From IMG/VR virus record IMGVR_UViG_3300029787_000026: a stretch of DNA of 64,000 nucleotides; one strand, given 5' to 3'. The notes under the pieces were generated by a model. It worked only from the letters and a program-made list of their open reading frames with translations. It did no database searches and was not told the origin of the DNA. The position numbers and the translations under genes were made by a program. The stretch is from an uncultured virus (IMG/VR IMGVR_UViG_3300029787_000026). Lineage: Duplodnaviria; Heunggongvirae; Uroviricota; Caudoviricetes; Crassvirales. Below are positions 53,554-62,823 of this stretch, piece after piece; the first letter of the stretch is position 1; every line of letters starts with the position of its first letter.

Positions 53554-54325
53554 CTTTTACAAATGTTCCATTAATCATTTTACCTTTGCGTTTACTAATA
53601 ACTTTATAGGCTTCATCAATACAGTGTTCAATAGTGTAACCCTGTAGATGAGCTAGATTAGTTAATACTACAACCATATCACCAATAGCATCTATAACTT
53701 CTGGCTTATCATCTTCTAGTGTGGCTTTAGCGAGCTCACCCATTTCTTCTTGTAATTTAATTAGCTGTGTTTTAGCGTCTCCTTTTTCATATAAACCTCT
53801 CTCATCAGCCCATTGTCTAATCAACTCAAATCTTTCACAATCTAAATTATTAGCAACGCAAGCTTCTTTATCAGGATTATGTTTTGGATTATAAAATGCT
53901 TCATAAAAAGCTTTGTTGTATATATAACTTCTGTTTTCATTAAACATTGAAGTTTTAACATTGGTCATAATCCACAGAATAGTTTGTTTGTTAATTTCAA
54001 ACTGGCCAAATTCTGTTTGCCAAGTAAGACCTAGGTTATCATTTAATTGTCCTTTTAATTTATTAATTGGACAAGGGAAGGTTGAGGTCTGTTCTGTTGC
54101 GTTTATTTTCATTTTATTAAATAAGTTTTTATATAATTTAAAATCTTTTTTATAGCCATAAGACGATTGAAGTTCTATTTCGCGGTCTGATATATAATCT
54201 ATATCATCTGACTGCTCAAGAACCTCATACTCACCCTCCTTATAGCCTTGCATAAGGGTAACCCTGTTATTAAGATTACGTGTTACACCTATCTTTTTAC
54301 CCGGTATGTGATATAAATAATACAT
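53543..54325 (-). CDS. MazG-like NTP pyrophosphohydrolase with N-terminal GIY-YIG-like domain
   Basis: KLQEEMGELA and DAIGDMVVVL; N-terminal YYLYHIPGKKIGVTRNLNNR...E. Confidence 0.8.
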   Translation of the reverse strand: MYYLYHIPGKKIGVTRNLNNRVTLMQGYKEGEYEVLEQSDDIDYISDREIELQSSYGYKKDFKLYKNLFNKMKINATEQTSTFPCPINKLKGQLNDNLGLTWQTEFGQFEINKQTILWIMTNVKTSMFNENRSYIYNKAFYEAFYNPKHNPDKEACVANNLDCERFELIRQWADERGLYEKGDAKTQLIKLQEEMGELAKATLEDDKPEVIDAIGDMVVVLTNLAHLQGYTIEHCIDEAYKVISKRKGKMINGTFVKDEN

Positions 54326-54327
54326 AA

Positions 54328-54978
54328 TTATAATTTGTTATTATATAAGTGTAAGTTATGTGCGTGATGATAATACCAACCAGTCGGTATAGACAGTCTG
54401 TCTGCAACCATTTGTTGCAACGATGCAAATTGATATTGGTCATTGCAGAAACCGTACCAGAGATCATTAGAACGCATATAGACAGACATGTTTAACATAC
54501 CGTCTAGTATCGTAAACTGAACCGCGTAAGTACAAGGTGTATCGTTTCTATACTTTTCATATTCTTTACAGTCATATATACTAATAGCTGCGTGTCTAGT
54601 TTCTGGGTCTTCACGTAGTTTACCTACAACATAATGTATTTGATCATTACGATTCCATTGCCAACCATAGTTAGACATTACATTACCATCACTATCAGCC
54701 ATACGTTCCCATATAGGAGGTACACTACCATAAAGTTCACCTAATTTTTTAACGTTAGGATCACCAGATAAATACCAAGCCCATTCAGCTGCAGCGTATT
54801 TCTGATTCCATTTTCTATATCTAGCTTTTATCTGTTTATCAGAAGGGTCGTGGATATAAAACCCAATATTAAATAAAGCTTTAGTGTCTTGAAATGCTTG
54901 ACCTTTATCTTTTATTTTAATATAAAAATAATCGAAAGCTTCACTTGCTGTTTTAAAATTAATTTTTGTATTTGTCAT
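54328..54978 (-). CDS. Thymidylate synthase superfamily enzyme, dCMP hydroxymethylase-like
   Basis: EWAWYLSG, NYG, PCT, MRSNDLWYGFCND, NLHLY. Confidence 0.85.
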   Translation of the reverse strand: MTNTKINFKTASEAFDYFYIKIKDKGQAFQDTKALFNIGFYIHDPSDKQIKARYRKWNQKYAAAEWAWYLSGDPNVKKLGELYGSVPPIWERMADSDGNVMSNYGWQWNRNDQIHYVVGKLREDPETRHAAISIYDCKEYEKYRNDTPCTYAVQFTILDGMLNMSVYMRSNDLWYGFCNDQYQFASLQQMVADRLSIPTGWYYHHAHNLHLYNNKL

Positions 54979-55198
54979 AATAATATTTAGCGTATTCACA
55001 TTGCTTTTGCCATATCTCTACAGGGCCAAAAGCTTCACTTGTTCCTAATAATTTTCTGTTAGGGTATATACCTGTCTCAATATCTAAAACCCATTTGCCT
55101 TCTCCCCATTTAATTTGTCTAGGAGATATACAAACGTTGTTAGCTATACACCAGTATAAAGCTTCATCTTCTTCATTGCTTCTTTGATATGTACCCAT
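54959..55198 (-). CDS. Small hypothetical protein
   Basis: ATG at 55198 within the ORF-track frame. Confidence 0.6.
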   Translation of the reverse strand: MGTYQRSNEEDEALYWCIANNVCISPRQIKWGEGKWVLDIETGIYPNRKLLGTSEAFGPVEIWQKQCEYAKYYYDKYKN

Positions 55199-55211
55199 GG
55201 TACTTTTTTGT

Positions 55212-56953
55212 TTATTCCCACGGAAGGCTGCTGTCATCTGACACTGTATTTACTTGTGGTACAAATGAACCAGACTTAGGTTCCCATGTGAAAAAGCATT
55301 CAGCTCCGTTTTCACCAAGGTTTTGAAATTTTACTTTAAGTACTTTGACTTTAGTATTTTTAGCCTCGTAGTCACGATGTACAAGCAAGCCGTGGTAAGA
55401 GGCATCATACCACTCACCGCCACCTTTAATATTGTACATATTTGGTTCTTGCGTTTTTCCATTTTGATCTCTCTGCATTTTTGTTGGGTGTGCTACAATG
55501 AATACTAGAGCGTCATACTTTTTTGCAAACGTCTCTATTTTCATTAAGTAATCCATAGTATAACGATTAACATCGTCAGACGCTGCGTTAACATCTCTTA
55601 TTTTATTATATGGATCTATAACAAGGCATTTAATACCTTTACGTTTAACAAGCTCAGCACCTTTACGTAGNNNNNNNNNNGCAGCACTGATTCAAGATCG
55701 TACTTATCCATGTCTATAAAATAAAAATTATCGTTAACATGATTTGCAACTTGTTTCCATTTATTGCTACCAATATCAGAAACAATAGGCATATCACCCC
55801 ATACTTTACGCATTAACTTGTGAGCGTGTAAATATGTCGGCGCGTTTTCAGGACTTGCAAAAGCTGTTTTCCAACCATAGTTATTGTTATAACCTACAAC
55901 CATTTGGTCAACAAAATCAGACTTACCGCTACTAGGTATCCCAGTAACAGTAATAAACTGACCGGTATACGTTGAAAAAATTTCGTCAAAGTTGTTGAGG
56001 CCGATTTGATAACCCGGTTTAAACCCATGTTTAACAAAGTCTGTGACTTCTCCTTCGATGTCTTTAAACGTTGTGACGTTTTCGAGAGGGTACGGTCTTG
56101 CCTTGTTAACACAGTCTTGTAATTTTTGTTTATCATATCTTTGTAAATATTCATTAGCGTCTTTACACTCATCAAAGTCAACAATATAACATACTTCAGC
56201 ACCAAGACGTCTGACCATCTCTTGCTGTAACATTTGGCCTGCTTCATCTTTGTCTATAGCTAGTATTATTTTTTCTTTGTCTTCAAAATAATCTATACAA
56301 TTATCTAAATAATCTAAATTATTATTTCCGAGCGTAGCTCCATTAGGTACTGATATAACATTAGGAACTCCAGCTTCATGAAAAGCTAGCACGTCCATTT
56401 CTCCTTCAGTAATAATACAAGTATCATAACCTACTATACTGTTTATATTGTAAAATACTTTTTCAGCACCTTTATATAATTTAAAATTCTTACGACCATC
56501 TCTGTATTTAACATTTATAAGTTGATCGCCCATAAAGTATTGAAACTTTATAGTATTCTCGGTCTTGCCGGTTTGAGGCATCCACTCAGAGCCTTGCCCA
56601 ACTTTTAAATCAAGCAAAGTCTCTGGTGATATTCCTCTAGTTTCAAACCATTTCAAAACCTTATCATCTAATCCATAAGCTTTGCCTGGATACTCAGGAT
56701 CTGGTTGATCAGGTCTAACATAGACTCTTTCACTAGCTCCTTTACGTTGATAAGTATGTAATTGAAAAGACGTGTTACAATTGTGACATGTACCGAGACC
56801 ACGTTCCCAATCATATGAAGCACATTTAAGCTTCTGATTCTTGGGCTTTCTAGTGTGGGAGCAAAGAGGGCATGTACCCTGCTTTTTTCCAGTTTCTAGC
56901 TTATGTATATTGAACTCGTCAATTACAAAACCATTGATCTCTGTTGTCTGCAT
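55212..56953 (-). CDS. Primase-helicase (T7 gp4/Twinkle-like), one gene split by an assembly gap at 55671-55680
   Basis: CPLC..CHNC zinc finger, ITEGEMD and DKD TOPRIM, GIPSSGKS Walker A, VAHPTK. Confidence 0.93.
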
Positions 56954-57354
56954 TATTTATACTTTTTTAAAATAGTATACATTTCTATATTTGTGTCACT
57001 GTCCCACATATAATTAATATCTTTATCAAACATAATTAAATAAGGTATTTCAATGTCACAAGGGTTATAATCTATATTTAGTTTTCTTTTTATGTTTTTA
57101 ATCCAAACAGAATCTGCTTCGTAACATTTAACAAGTATAGTGTTAAAGTTTTTGTTTATAATTTTATAATACTTTTTAGTATTTAATTTATTTACAACAT
57201 CTTGAGACTTTTGTTCTGTGTTTAAATAAAGATATAGATAATTTTTACTTGGATCTCTGTTACCAAGCGATTGACCAAGCTCATAAGTTTGAACTTGGCC
57301 GTAAGTCGCTAGGCTAACAAACAAACATAAAATTAAACTAAAATGGTAAGTCAT
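56953..57354 (-). CDS. Putative secreted protein with possible thioredoxin-like fold
   Basis: Signal-like FSLILCLFVSLATYG-Q; IPYLIMFD strand pattern; no CxxC. Confidence 0.5.
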   Translation of the reverse strand: MTYHFSLILCLFVSLATYGQVQTYELGQSLGNRDPSKNYLYLYLNTEQKSQDVVNKLNTKKYYKIINKNFNTILVKCYEADSVWIKNIKRKLNIDYNPCDIEIPYLIMFDKDINYMWDSDTNIEMYTILKKYK

Positions 57355-57658
57355 CTGGTTCATTAGAACCACCCGTCTTACCCACGGGGGCTGCTGTCGC
57401 AAACTCCTGTTTAGGAGCAACGCCAACATTGTTGTCATTTGTCCATACTACTTTTACGTTACCAAGGTAAACCTTGTCTGATTTAGCATCTCTTTCCTCT
57501 TTGGTCTGTTGTACCACAACTGGACCATTGTTTCCGAACTGATCTAACTCATCGTTTAACGTAATAGTAATAGGTAAGTATTTTCCTTTTTTACCCTCGA
57601 TAATTTTATCTTTAGGTATTTTAGTAAGGTCAATACTAGTTGCTATTATACTTGCCAT
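57338..57658 (-). CDS. Single-stranded DNA-binding protein
   Basis: Acidic C-terminal DDLPF tail; beta-rich core; between recombinase and primase genes. Confidence 0.75.
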   Translation of the reverse strand: MASIIATSIDLTKIPKDKIIEGKKGKYLPITITLNDELDQFGNNGPVVVQQTKEERDAKSDKVYLGNVKVVWTNDNNVGVAPKQEFATAAPVGKTGGSNEPDDLPF

Positions 57659-57659
57659 A

Positions 57660-57839
57660 CTATGCGTATTGATTTATTTGATTAAACATTCTAGCTAACT
57701 GATCTTTAGTCGCGTTAGTAGTTCTCCTTAAGTTGTCTACAGCTTTAACATGATTTTGATTAGTGTAAAAATTGTTTACATTAGTTTCTAATCCTGTTAC
57801 GCTGCATACTTTTAACTGTGGTTTTCTTGTTCTTGCCAT
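57660..57839 (-). CDS. 59-aa hypothetical protein (MARTRKPQLKVCSVTG...)
   Basis: Manual translation; fills the gap between neighbours. Confidence 0.65.
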   Translation of the reverse strand: MARTRKPQLKVCSVTGLETNVNNFYTNQNHVKAVDNLRRTTNATKDQLARMFNQINQYA

Positions 57840-57848
57840 ATTATTAAA

Positions 57849-58574
57849 TTAAAGGGTTTTACTTATAAAATACTGTGAAGCATCAAAGTCTTTTGTTTTG
57901 TAAAATAAATTATACGCTTCACTTGCTCTTATAACTTTATCGTGACCGGAGCTTATAAACTCTGGTGAGCAATCGAATAATCCTATTTGTTGATTGTTTT
58001 TATCTATAACAATAAATATTAATTCATAGCCAAATAGGGAACTATAAATATAAGCTTGTGAGTCGTAATTATATTTGTAAGCAGATCTTTTAAATGAATT
58101 TAAATCGTTAGTTGTTTTTAAATCAATTACTAACTTTTCATTGTGATTAACTATATCTGCTTTACCTTTCCACATATTGTCTTCAAGCTTTCCTATCGCT
58201 GGTTTTTCATACTCAATATTATCACCTTGTATAAGGTCTCTACATATAGTATTACTCAGCATTTTATCTGATAGTTTTTCTATCATATCTACCTCATGTT
58301 GTAGTAGGCATAATTCACCACCAGATATCTCTTTATAAACCTTCGTATTTCTAGTTGATGAAGGTATCACCTTGTATTTCTTAAGCTTATGTGGCTCAAG
58401 TATAGCAGTGTGAAAATATCCACCAACTAAAAACGCTGCTGAAGGTTTGCTAGGTTGCCCTAGCGCTAAAGGATTTTTAAGTAACGTACTAATGTCGCTA
58501 TTACTAAGATACTTTTTACCAAAGTCTCCATAGTAATGCTCGTCATTACGTAGTTTTTCTATTATTTTATCCAT
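57849..58574 (-). CDS. RecE/exonuclease VIII-like PD-(D/E)XK exonuclease
   Basis: LSNS, G.YFHTAILEP, KGKADI, IDLKTT, Y..QAYIY. Confidence 0.85.
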   Translation of the reverse strand: MDKIIEKLRNDEHYYGDFGKKYLSNSDISTLLKNPLALGQPSKPSAAFLVGGYFHTAILEPHKLKKYKVIPSSTRNTKVYKEISGGELCLLQHEVDMIEKLSDKMLSNTICRDLIQGDNIEYEKPAIGKLEDNMWKGKADIVNHNEKLVIDLKTTNDLNSFKRSAYKYNYDSQAYIYSSLFGYELIFIVIDKNNQQIGLFDCSPEFISSGHDKVIRASEAYNLFYKTKDFDASQYFISKTL

Positions 58575-59085
58575 TTAGTGTTTTTAATTCTTGCTCTTGC
58601 AATGACGTGAGCTTATACTTTTTCTTTATAGCGTCAATAGTACCTCCTGATTTAATATAGCTTTTAGCTTTGTTAATATCAGTTAGTTTATCTTTACCAT
58701 GAGTATTAGTTGCATCACTGTCTTGTGTATCATCGATTAAGAACAAATTACCTAACGCATATTTTTTTCCATAACTAGAAGCTGTACCGAACTGTTGAGG
58801 CACTTGCATACCTTTTTGATTAAGATCAACACCTACTATAGCCGTAGCATTAATAGTATGTTCACCATCACAAATAGTTGCTGTTGTCTCAATGATAGGC
58901 ATAGGGCTTGTTTCAAGTAGTTTTTCACCAATTGTAACATACACACCTAACTCCTTTTCAAAGGGTTTAATAGCTTCGAGAATGTCTTCGGCACTGCGAA
59001 AGTAATATTTGCCGAATGAATTAAATCTAGATTTTTTAGATTTAAACTTTGTCTGAATGACGGTTAGTTTTTCGTTTATATTCAT
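58567..59085 (-). CDS. ERF-family single-strand annealing protein
   Basis: FNSFGKYYFRSAEDILEAIKP and QQFGTASSYGKKYALGNLF...DSD. Confidence 0.85.
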   Translation of the reverse strand: MNINEKLTVIQTKFKSKKSRFNSFGKYYFRSAEDILEAIKPFEKELGVYVTIGEKLLETSPMPIIETTATICDGEHTINATAIVGVDLNQKGMQVPQQFGTASSYGKKYALGNLFLIDDTQDSDATNTHGKDKLTDINKAKSYIKSGGTIDAIKKKYKLTSLQEQELKTLNG

Positions 59086-59109
59086 AATTCTAGGTATTTG
59101 GTATACTTA

Positions 59110-59138
59110 TATAATTACACATAAATATACTGTTTTAC
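59110..59138 (-). promoter_or_regulatory. Class II promoter GTAAA-N15-GTAATTATA
   Basis: Intergenic, between the sigma gene and the replication operon. Confidence 0.6.
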
Positions 59139-59147
59139 ATTTATAAC

Positions 59148-59903
59148 TTACAGATAGTCAAGCACTTGCGAGTGGTCGACCTCTTCAATCAGCTTGTTTA
59201 TAGCATCTTTTTTTAGCTCTGAAACGCGCACATAATTGCTTGTTCCATTGATATTTAATTTTGCTGCAATTTCTTTAGCTGAGTGTTTATCACAGTCTAA
59301 ACCATAACTTAATCTTAGTACTTCGTATTGTACGTGGTTTAAATGTTTCTTCAACAAACTTTTTAAGTATATGTTTAGAAAAGCAACGTTGTAAGGTTCT
59401 GACTTATCAGGAAGTTGTTGAACCATAGATTCACCTTCCTCATTCAATGGTTGAGCATCGATAGATAAAAATATACTATTAAAAAACATTTCAACCATTT
59501 TTTTATCTTTAGGATTTTTACGTATTTCATTCATTTTATGTTCTGGTATACGCATATTACCTCTATGTCGATCAATTCGTCTACGAATAGCCCCTTTGAT
59601 ACGTTTACTAAAAAATGATTTAAGAGTTTTTTCAATATCTTCAGAGTCAGTTAATTTATCCCACTCTAGTTTATCTACAGCTCTTGTTAAAGCTTCATTA
59701 CCTATTTGCAATAGATCTAGTATACTTAGTATACCTGAAGCTTGGTCTCCGGTTGAAAATTTTCTAGCCAAGTTTTCTACCAATGGCATAAACTTAACTA
59801 TCATCTCATCACGGGTGTAATAATCATAAAATTTTTCTTTAGGCATTGAAACTTTTAAATCTTCTTTATACCTAATGTAGTTTTGTATATTATATTTCCT
59901 CAT
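59148..59903 (-). CDS. Phage sigma-70 family factor
   Basis: Region 2 PLVENLARKF..DLLQIGNEALTRAVDK..RIKGAIRR..RIP; region 4 EVLRLSYGL..EIAAKL..RVSELKKDAINKL. Confidence 0.9.
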   Translation of the reverse strand: MRKYNIQNYIRYKEDLKVSMPKEKFYDYYTRDEMIVKFMPLVENLARKFSTGDQASGILSILDLLQIGNEALTRAVDKLEWDKLTDSEDIEKTLKSFFSKRIKGAIRRRIDRHRGNMRIPEHKMNEIRKNPKDKKMVEMFFNSIFLSIDAQPLNEEGESMVQQLPDKSEPYNVAFLNIYLKSLLKKHLNHVQYEVLRLSYGLDCDKHSAKEIAAKLNINGTSNYVRVSELKKDAINKLIEEVDHSQVLDYL

Positions 59904-60525
59904 TCATTTCTTGTTTTGCAAGTTTTAATTCATCACACATGTGACGATATATTGTTCTTTGTGATACGTTTAGAATCTCAGCCAACCATCTGACTGTTAT
60001 CTTTTGTTGATCGTAATGTATATCAATCATAGCTTGATATATAGTTTCTTTATCTATACTAGACCTACCTATGAGTTTACCTACAATGCTAAGCTTTTCG
60101 CTAAGTGTTAGCATGTTGTATGGTTTAAATATAACTTTGCGTAGTTTATTTTTAGGAGGTTCACCACCTGTTTTAAACACATCAATAATCATATCGTATA
60201 GAACTTTTTTACTAATAAAAAATGTTACAAAACCGTTTTCTTTATCAGCTATAAACTCAAACCATTTTTTTAAATGCTCTAAGTTCCAAAAAGCTACATT
60301 AATACCTTTTTTACAAGGATTTAAATAGTATAATACAAGAAAATGCCATTTAAGTGATTTATATGTAGTAATTTTGGCTTTAGTATTAAATAGGTGATAA
60401 CAACCATGCGTGCCATTTTTATAGTATTTATACTGTTTAGTTTCAATGTCAGGTTTATCTATACCATCATAACGATATATAACTCTCCTATCATTTAACC
60501 ATTTCATGTTTCTGTTCTGTGACAT
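59890..60525 (-). CDS. DNA-binding protein with C-terminal HTH
   Basis: ITVRWLAEILNVSQRTIYRHM. Confidence 0.75.
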   Translation of the reverse strand: MSQNRNMKWLNDRRVIYRYDGIDKPDIETKQYKYYKNGTHGCYHLFNTKAKITTYKSLKWHFLVLYYLNPCKKGINVAFWNLEHLKKWFEFIADKENGFVTFFISKKVLYDMIIDVFKTGGEPPKNKLRKVIFKPYNMLTLSEKLSIVGKLIGRSSIDKETIYQAMIDIHYDQQKITVRWLAEILNVSQRTIYRHMCDELKLAKQEMNEEI

Positions 60526-60562
60526 TAGCCTATTACTAATTATACTATTAAGGCATTTGTCA
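60520..60562. promoter_or_regulatory. 43-bp dyad element TGACA-N33-TGTCA, putative operator copy 2
   Basis: Overlaps the start of the HTH gene; matches 3066-3108. Confidence 0.65.
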
Positions 60563-60743
60563 TGCCTTCTATTAAATTTAATCTTCTATTGTATTTTTTA
60601 ATTAACACTGCTTTATTAGATGCATTAATACCATTTATGGTATCTATAACAATCTCATTGTGTAAATTATTTATATGACTTCTTAGAAACTCTACGTGTT
60701 GTATTTTTCTTTTGCGCCTTTTTAATTTTATCAGCAATTCCAT
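60540..60743 (-). CDS. Small basic hypothetical protein
   Basis: 67-aa ORF. Confidence 0.55.
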   Translation of the reverse strand: MELLIKLKRRKRKIQHVEFLRSHINNLHNEIVIDTINGINASNKAVLIKKYNRRLNLIEGMTNALIV

Positions 60744-60778
60744 AAAAATTTGTTTTAATTAAGTGTTGTACTAGTTTT

Positions 60779-61243
60779 TTACTCATATATTTTTTCTTTT
60801 TTAATATTAGCTATGTGGCTTTTGTCGCCAACATAATAGTTCCAATAAGCCGTTATACTATCACCTACAACCTTATACTCATCGGGCATAGCTTGTGGTG
60901 GTTGTTTAAATTCTTGATTACAAGGTATTAACGGAGGTAAAAACATTAATGGTATTTTACATTTAGTTATTGTTAAATGAGTTTTACCATATCGTTTTGT
61001 ATACTCCTCACCTAAAGCAATCATATGATTGTATAACCACATATATTGTTTACTGTTTTGTCTACACCATATAGTTGATGGGTGATTTAGATGAGCCGTT
61101 TTATAAGGTACATCTTCATTACCGTAATATCTATGCGCAGTACAAAGCATCTGGGCTGATTCTAAGATCATTTTAACCACATGCTTATTGTATTGCATCT
61201 CTGCAGCTTTTACAGGATCCTCATGTAAATAAAATATATTCAT
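60779..61243 (-). CDS. Pyrimidine-dimer DNA glycosylase-like protein
   Basis: MNIFYL, KHVVKMILESAQML, HLNHPSTIW, EYTKRYGK.H, PQAMP. Confidence 0.7.
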   Translation of the reverse strand: MNIFYLHEDPVKAAEMQYNKHVVKMILESAQMLCTAHRYYGNEDVPYKTAHLNHPSTIWCRQNSKQYMWLYNHMIALGEEYTKRYGKTHLTITKCKIPLMFLPPLIPCNQEFKQPPQAMPDEYKVVGDSITAYWNYYVGDKSHIANIKKEKIYE

Positions 61244-61404
61244 TCATTCCATCGTTTTAGTATATTCCATACAATAAAAGCGTTAGCAATTATAGCTTGT
61301 AATATAATTAAAGTTCTAAAAAATGCTACTTTATCTGCATCTTTATTACTTTCTCCTACTTTTTCACCAAGAGCTCTTGCCCAGTGTCTCCATAGTTTTT
61401 TCAT
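61240..61404 (-). CDS. 54-aa conserved membrane protein (WRHWARALGEK...ADKVAFFRT)
   Basis: Manual translation; ATGA overlaps both neighbours. Confidence 0.65.
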   Translation of the reverse strand: MKKLWRHWARALGEKVGESNKDADKVAFFRTLIILQAIIANAFIVWNILKRWNE

Positions 61405-61511
61405 TTATATCTTTTATTTTGTAATCTATTATAATGAGCATCTAACAAGATGTGAGCAACTTCTTCGCTGATCATATTATCATTATATAATTTCCATATT
61501 ACTTTACTCAT
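61401..61511 (-). CDS. 36-aa micro-ORF (MSKVIWKLYNDNMISEEVA...)
   Basis: Manual translation; ATGA overlaps both neighbours. Confidence 0.5.
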   Translation of the reverse strand: MSKVIWKLYNDNMISEEVAHILLDAHYNRLQNKRYK

Positions 61512-61717
61512 AATCCTGATTTTTGTAAAAAGTAATTATACACTTCTGGTATATGTTTTTTGTAATAAGGTTGGCTATCTTTAACCCACTTTTTAAGCTC
61601 TACTTTATTAGTGAAAGGTTGTCTGTTTATGTGAGTAGCCATATCAAATATAGGTTCTATATCGTCAATGAAGTCACCGACTGTCCAACCTTCCCATATA
61701 TGTTTATCTCTATTCAT
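61508..61717 (-). CDS. Hypothetical protein (MNRDKHIWEGWTV...)
   Basis: ATG at 61717 overlaps the ligase end. Confidence 0.65.
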   Translation of the reverse strand: MNRDKHIWEGWTVGDFIDDIEPIFDMATHINRQPFTNKVELKKWVKDSQPYYKKHIPEVYNYFLQKSGL

Positions 61718-62540
61718 AATTTCTAATACATTTAAATAGCGGGTGTCTGTATGAACCTGCTTTTGTTCTTTGAAAATAAGTAAAGGTAGCACGCTTGCCA
61801 ACATAAGAGTCTATTTCACTGAGCATTTTAGCTAAATCCTTGTAGGAATAACCTTTACCCGGCGGACAACCGAACTGTATACCTTCGTCATCTAGCATAA
61901 TGAACTTGCCTAACGTGCCTGTCCTTTTACCTTTACCTAATTCATAACCTATAATAGTTGCTTCAGTATCGCTGAAGTCTTTAAATTTCATTAAGTCGTA
62001 AGACCTACCGTGTTTGTACAGACCATCTAGCCTTATGATAGAGCCTTCGTAACCTTGATCAAGGAACTCAGCGTGTATATCTCTAGCGTAATTGTAACTG
62101 TCAACAAGTCTAGCAGGTACATATTTGACCTGAACATCATAAATGTCTGAGTTAACAAGTTGTTGCATACGTGTTTTATAGTTGTCATATTTGTCATCTA
62201 TATAGTCGTACACGTGAAACTGTACAAGATGTTGAGCATCACGCCTGTCATCTGTTGTAGGTTTTTGCTTACGAACTAATGATATAATCTTTTCAAAATC
62301 GCGTTTTAGCTTGTGGTTGTATAATTCGCCGTCAAGTACTATGTCAGGATGTTTTTTAAAGAACGGTATTAAAGCAAGCTCAATGTGAGCTAGATTCATA
62401 AACTTTTTACCTGTTCTTGAAAAACCACCGTCTTTAGTTAATAGGCATCTGACACCGTCAAGCTTGGGTTGTATATACACAGGTTTAGACCAGTCAACTC
62501 GACCGTCATCAAACTTGTGTGCAAGCATAGGTTTTATCAT
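61710..62540 (-). CDS. ATP-dependent DNA ligase
   Basis: QPKLDGVR, LDGELY, VYD, YEGSIIR, LMKFK, RHP.F...R. Confidence 0.93.
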   Translation of the reverse strand: MIKPMLAHKFDDGRVDWSKPVYIQPKLDGVRCLLTKDGGFSRTGKKFMNLAHIELALIPFFKKHPDIVLDGELYNHKLKRDFEKIISLVRKQKPTTDDRRDAQHLVQFHVYDYIDDKYDNYKTRMQQLVNSDIYDVQVKYVPARLVDSYNYARDIHAEFLDQGYEGSIIRLDGLYKHGRSYDLMKFKDFSDTEATIIGYELGKGKRTGTLGKFIMLDDEGIQFGCPPGKGYSYKDLAKMLSEIDSYVGKRATFTYFQRTKAGSYRHPLFKCIRNYE

Positions 62541-62809
62541 AGGTTTTTTAATTTTAATTCAATTTTAGTTATTCTCATTTTCACAATAGCACATTTTTCG
62601 TACTCTTGTCTGTCTTCTAGCATAGCTAGTTGTGTTTGTAGTCTGGCTAATTCGCCAACTAATATTTCTTCTTGATTTGAAGTAAAGTTTAATGGGTAAA
62701 TGTCACCGTATTTATCTATAATACGAGCAAATACTAAATCAGTTAACTGATCTATATAATCATCAAATCTATTTAAATCAAACATTTCATTATTATTATC
62801 CAAATTCAT
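62537..62809 (-). CDS. Small protein with C-terminal UVR-like helical hairpin
   Basis: LAMLEDRQEYEKCAIVK; start may be ATG 62785. Confidence 0.55.
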   Translation of the reverse strand: MNLDNNNEMFDLNRFDDYIDQLTDLVFARIIDKYGDIYPLNFTSNQEEILVGELARLQTQLAMLEDRQEYEKCAIVKMRITKIELKLKNL

Positions 62810-62823
62810 TTATATTTTGTCTG
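62795..62823 (-). promoter_or_regulatory. Class I (early) promoter CAGACA-N17-GATAAT
   Basis: Fifth copy; upstream of the ligase-HTH-sigma block. Confidence 0.7.

Noticed and set aside
55671..55680. Apparent split of primase and helicase
   Set aside because: 10-N gap; the flanks overlap as V-L-R-K differing by one synonymous base, an assembly artefact
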